DNA of 64,000 bases, taken from positions 122,078,001 through 122,142,000 of the forward strand of contig OZ260662.1 in the NCBI GenBank assembly GCA_965285935.1. Direction: 5' to 3'. Source of the DNA: Ophelia neglecta (taxonomy: Eukaryota). Shown one piece after another: positions 63,721 through 64,000 of the stretch. The notes beneath the pieces were generated by a model. That model was not told the DNA's origin, ran no database searches, and worked only from the letters and a program-made list of their open reading frames with translations. The position numbers and the translations under genes are program-made. Every line of letters begins with the position of its first letter. Position 1 is the stretch's first letter.

Positions 63721-64000
63721 GAGGGATAGCTCTTGGTTGCCATTGATCCGCTTGAATTTAGCTCCAACATTAGAAATGACGCTCATGATTTTTTACTGAT
63801 TCAATTTTAGGAGTCTATGCCTGAGTTCAATGCCATGTCATTGTATCTGAAGGAGTCAAAACAAACGCATAGAGAAATATTAAAGAATGAAGTGAGTTTA
63901 TAATGTGTGAATTTCTATGTGTAGTAAATATATTATTATGAATGCAGGAGTAGAGTGGTAGTGTATTTGAAAGGGCTTATTACAGAGTAGTAAACAAGTT

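Noticed and set aside
1-64000. Prokaryotic systems (CRISPR, retron, DGR)
   Set aside because: No repeat-spacer arrays or operons; the RT is a canonical Ty3/Gypsy enzyme in a eukaryotic repeat context.

Overview
AT-rich eukaryotic (probably invertebrate animal) DNA with no recognisable host protein-coding gene. The dominant structure is a ~39 kb head-to-tail array (21662-60913, minus strand) of one Ty3/Gypsy LTR retrotransposon. It has five complete gag-pol internal domains linked by single shared LTRs, plus a sixth partial copy made by a 5.76 kb tandem duplication that also copied host flank. The element has 1067-bp TGTAAC...GTTACA LTRs, a tRNA-Thr-like PBS, a PPT, a PNMA-type Gag with a CCHC knuckle, a UUUAAAC slippery site with a predicted pseudoknot (-1 frameshift), and Pol ordered PR, dUTPase-like region, RT, RNase H, IN. 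All copies are defective and share lesions, and their variants are staggered across element boundaries. This points to growth by DNA-level recombination rather than retrotransposition. Two LTRs carry the same 862-bp deletion and the outermost LTR is cut to ~109 bp; both breaks fall at one internal site that resembles both an LTR terminus and a splice acceptor. The left 20 kb is an old, diverged ~11.7 kb segmental duplication containing fossil LINEs, a tRNA-like mini solo LTR and recurring CTCF-like motifs. The right flank holds a solo LTR with a 5-bp TSD and L1/Tx1 remnants. All alignments were made by eye; no searches were run.
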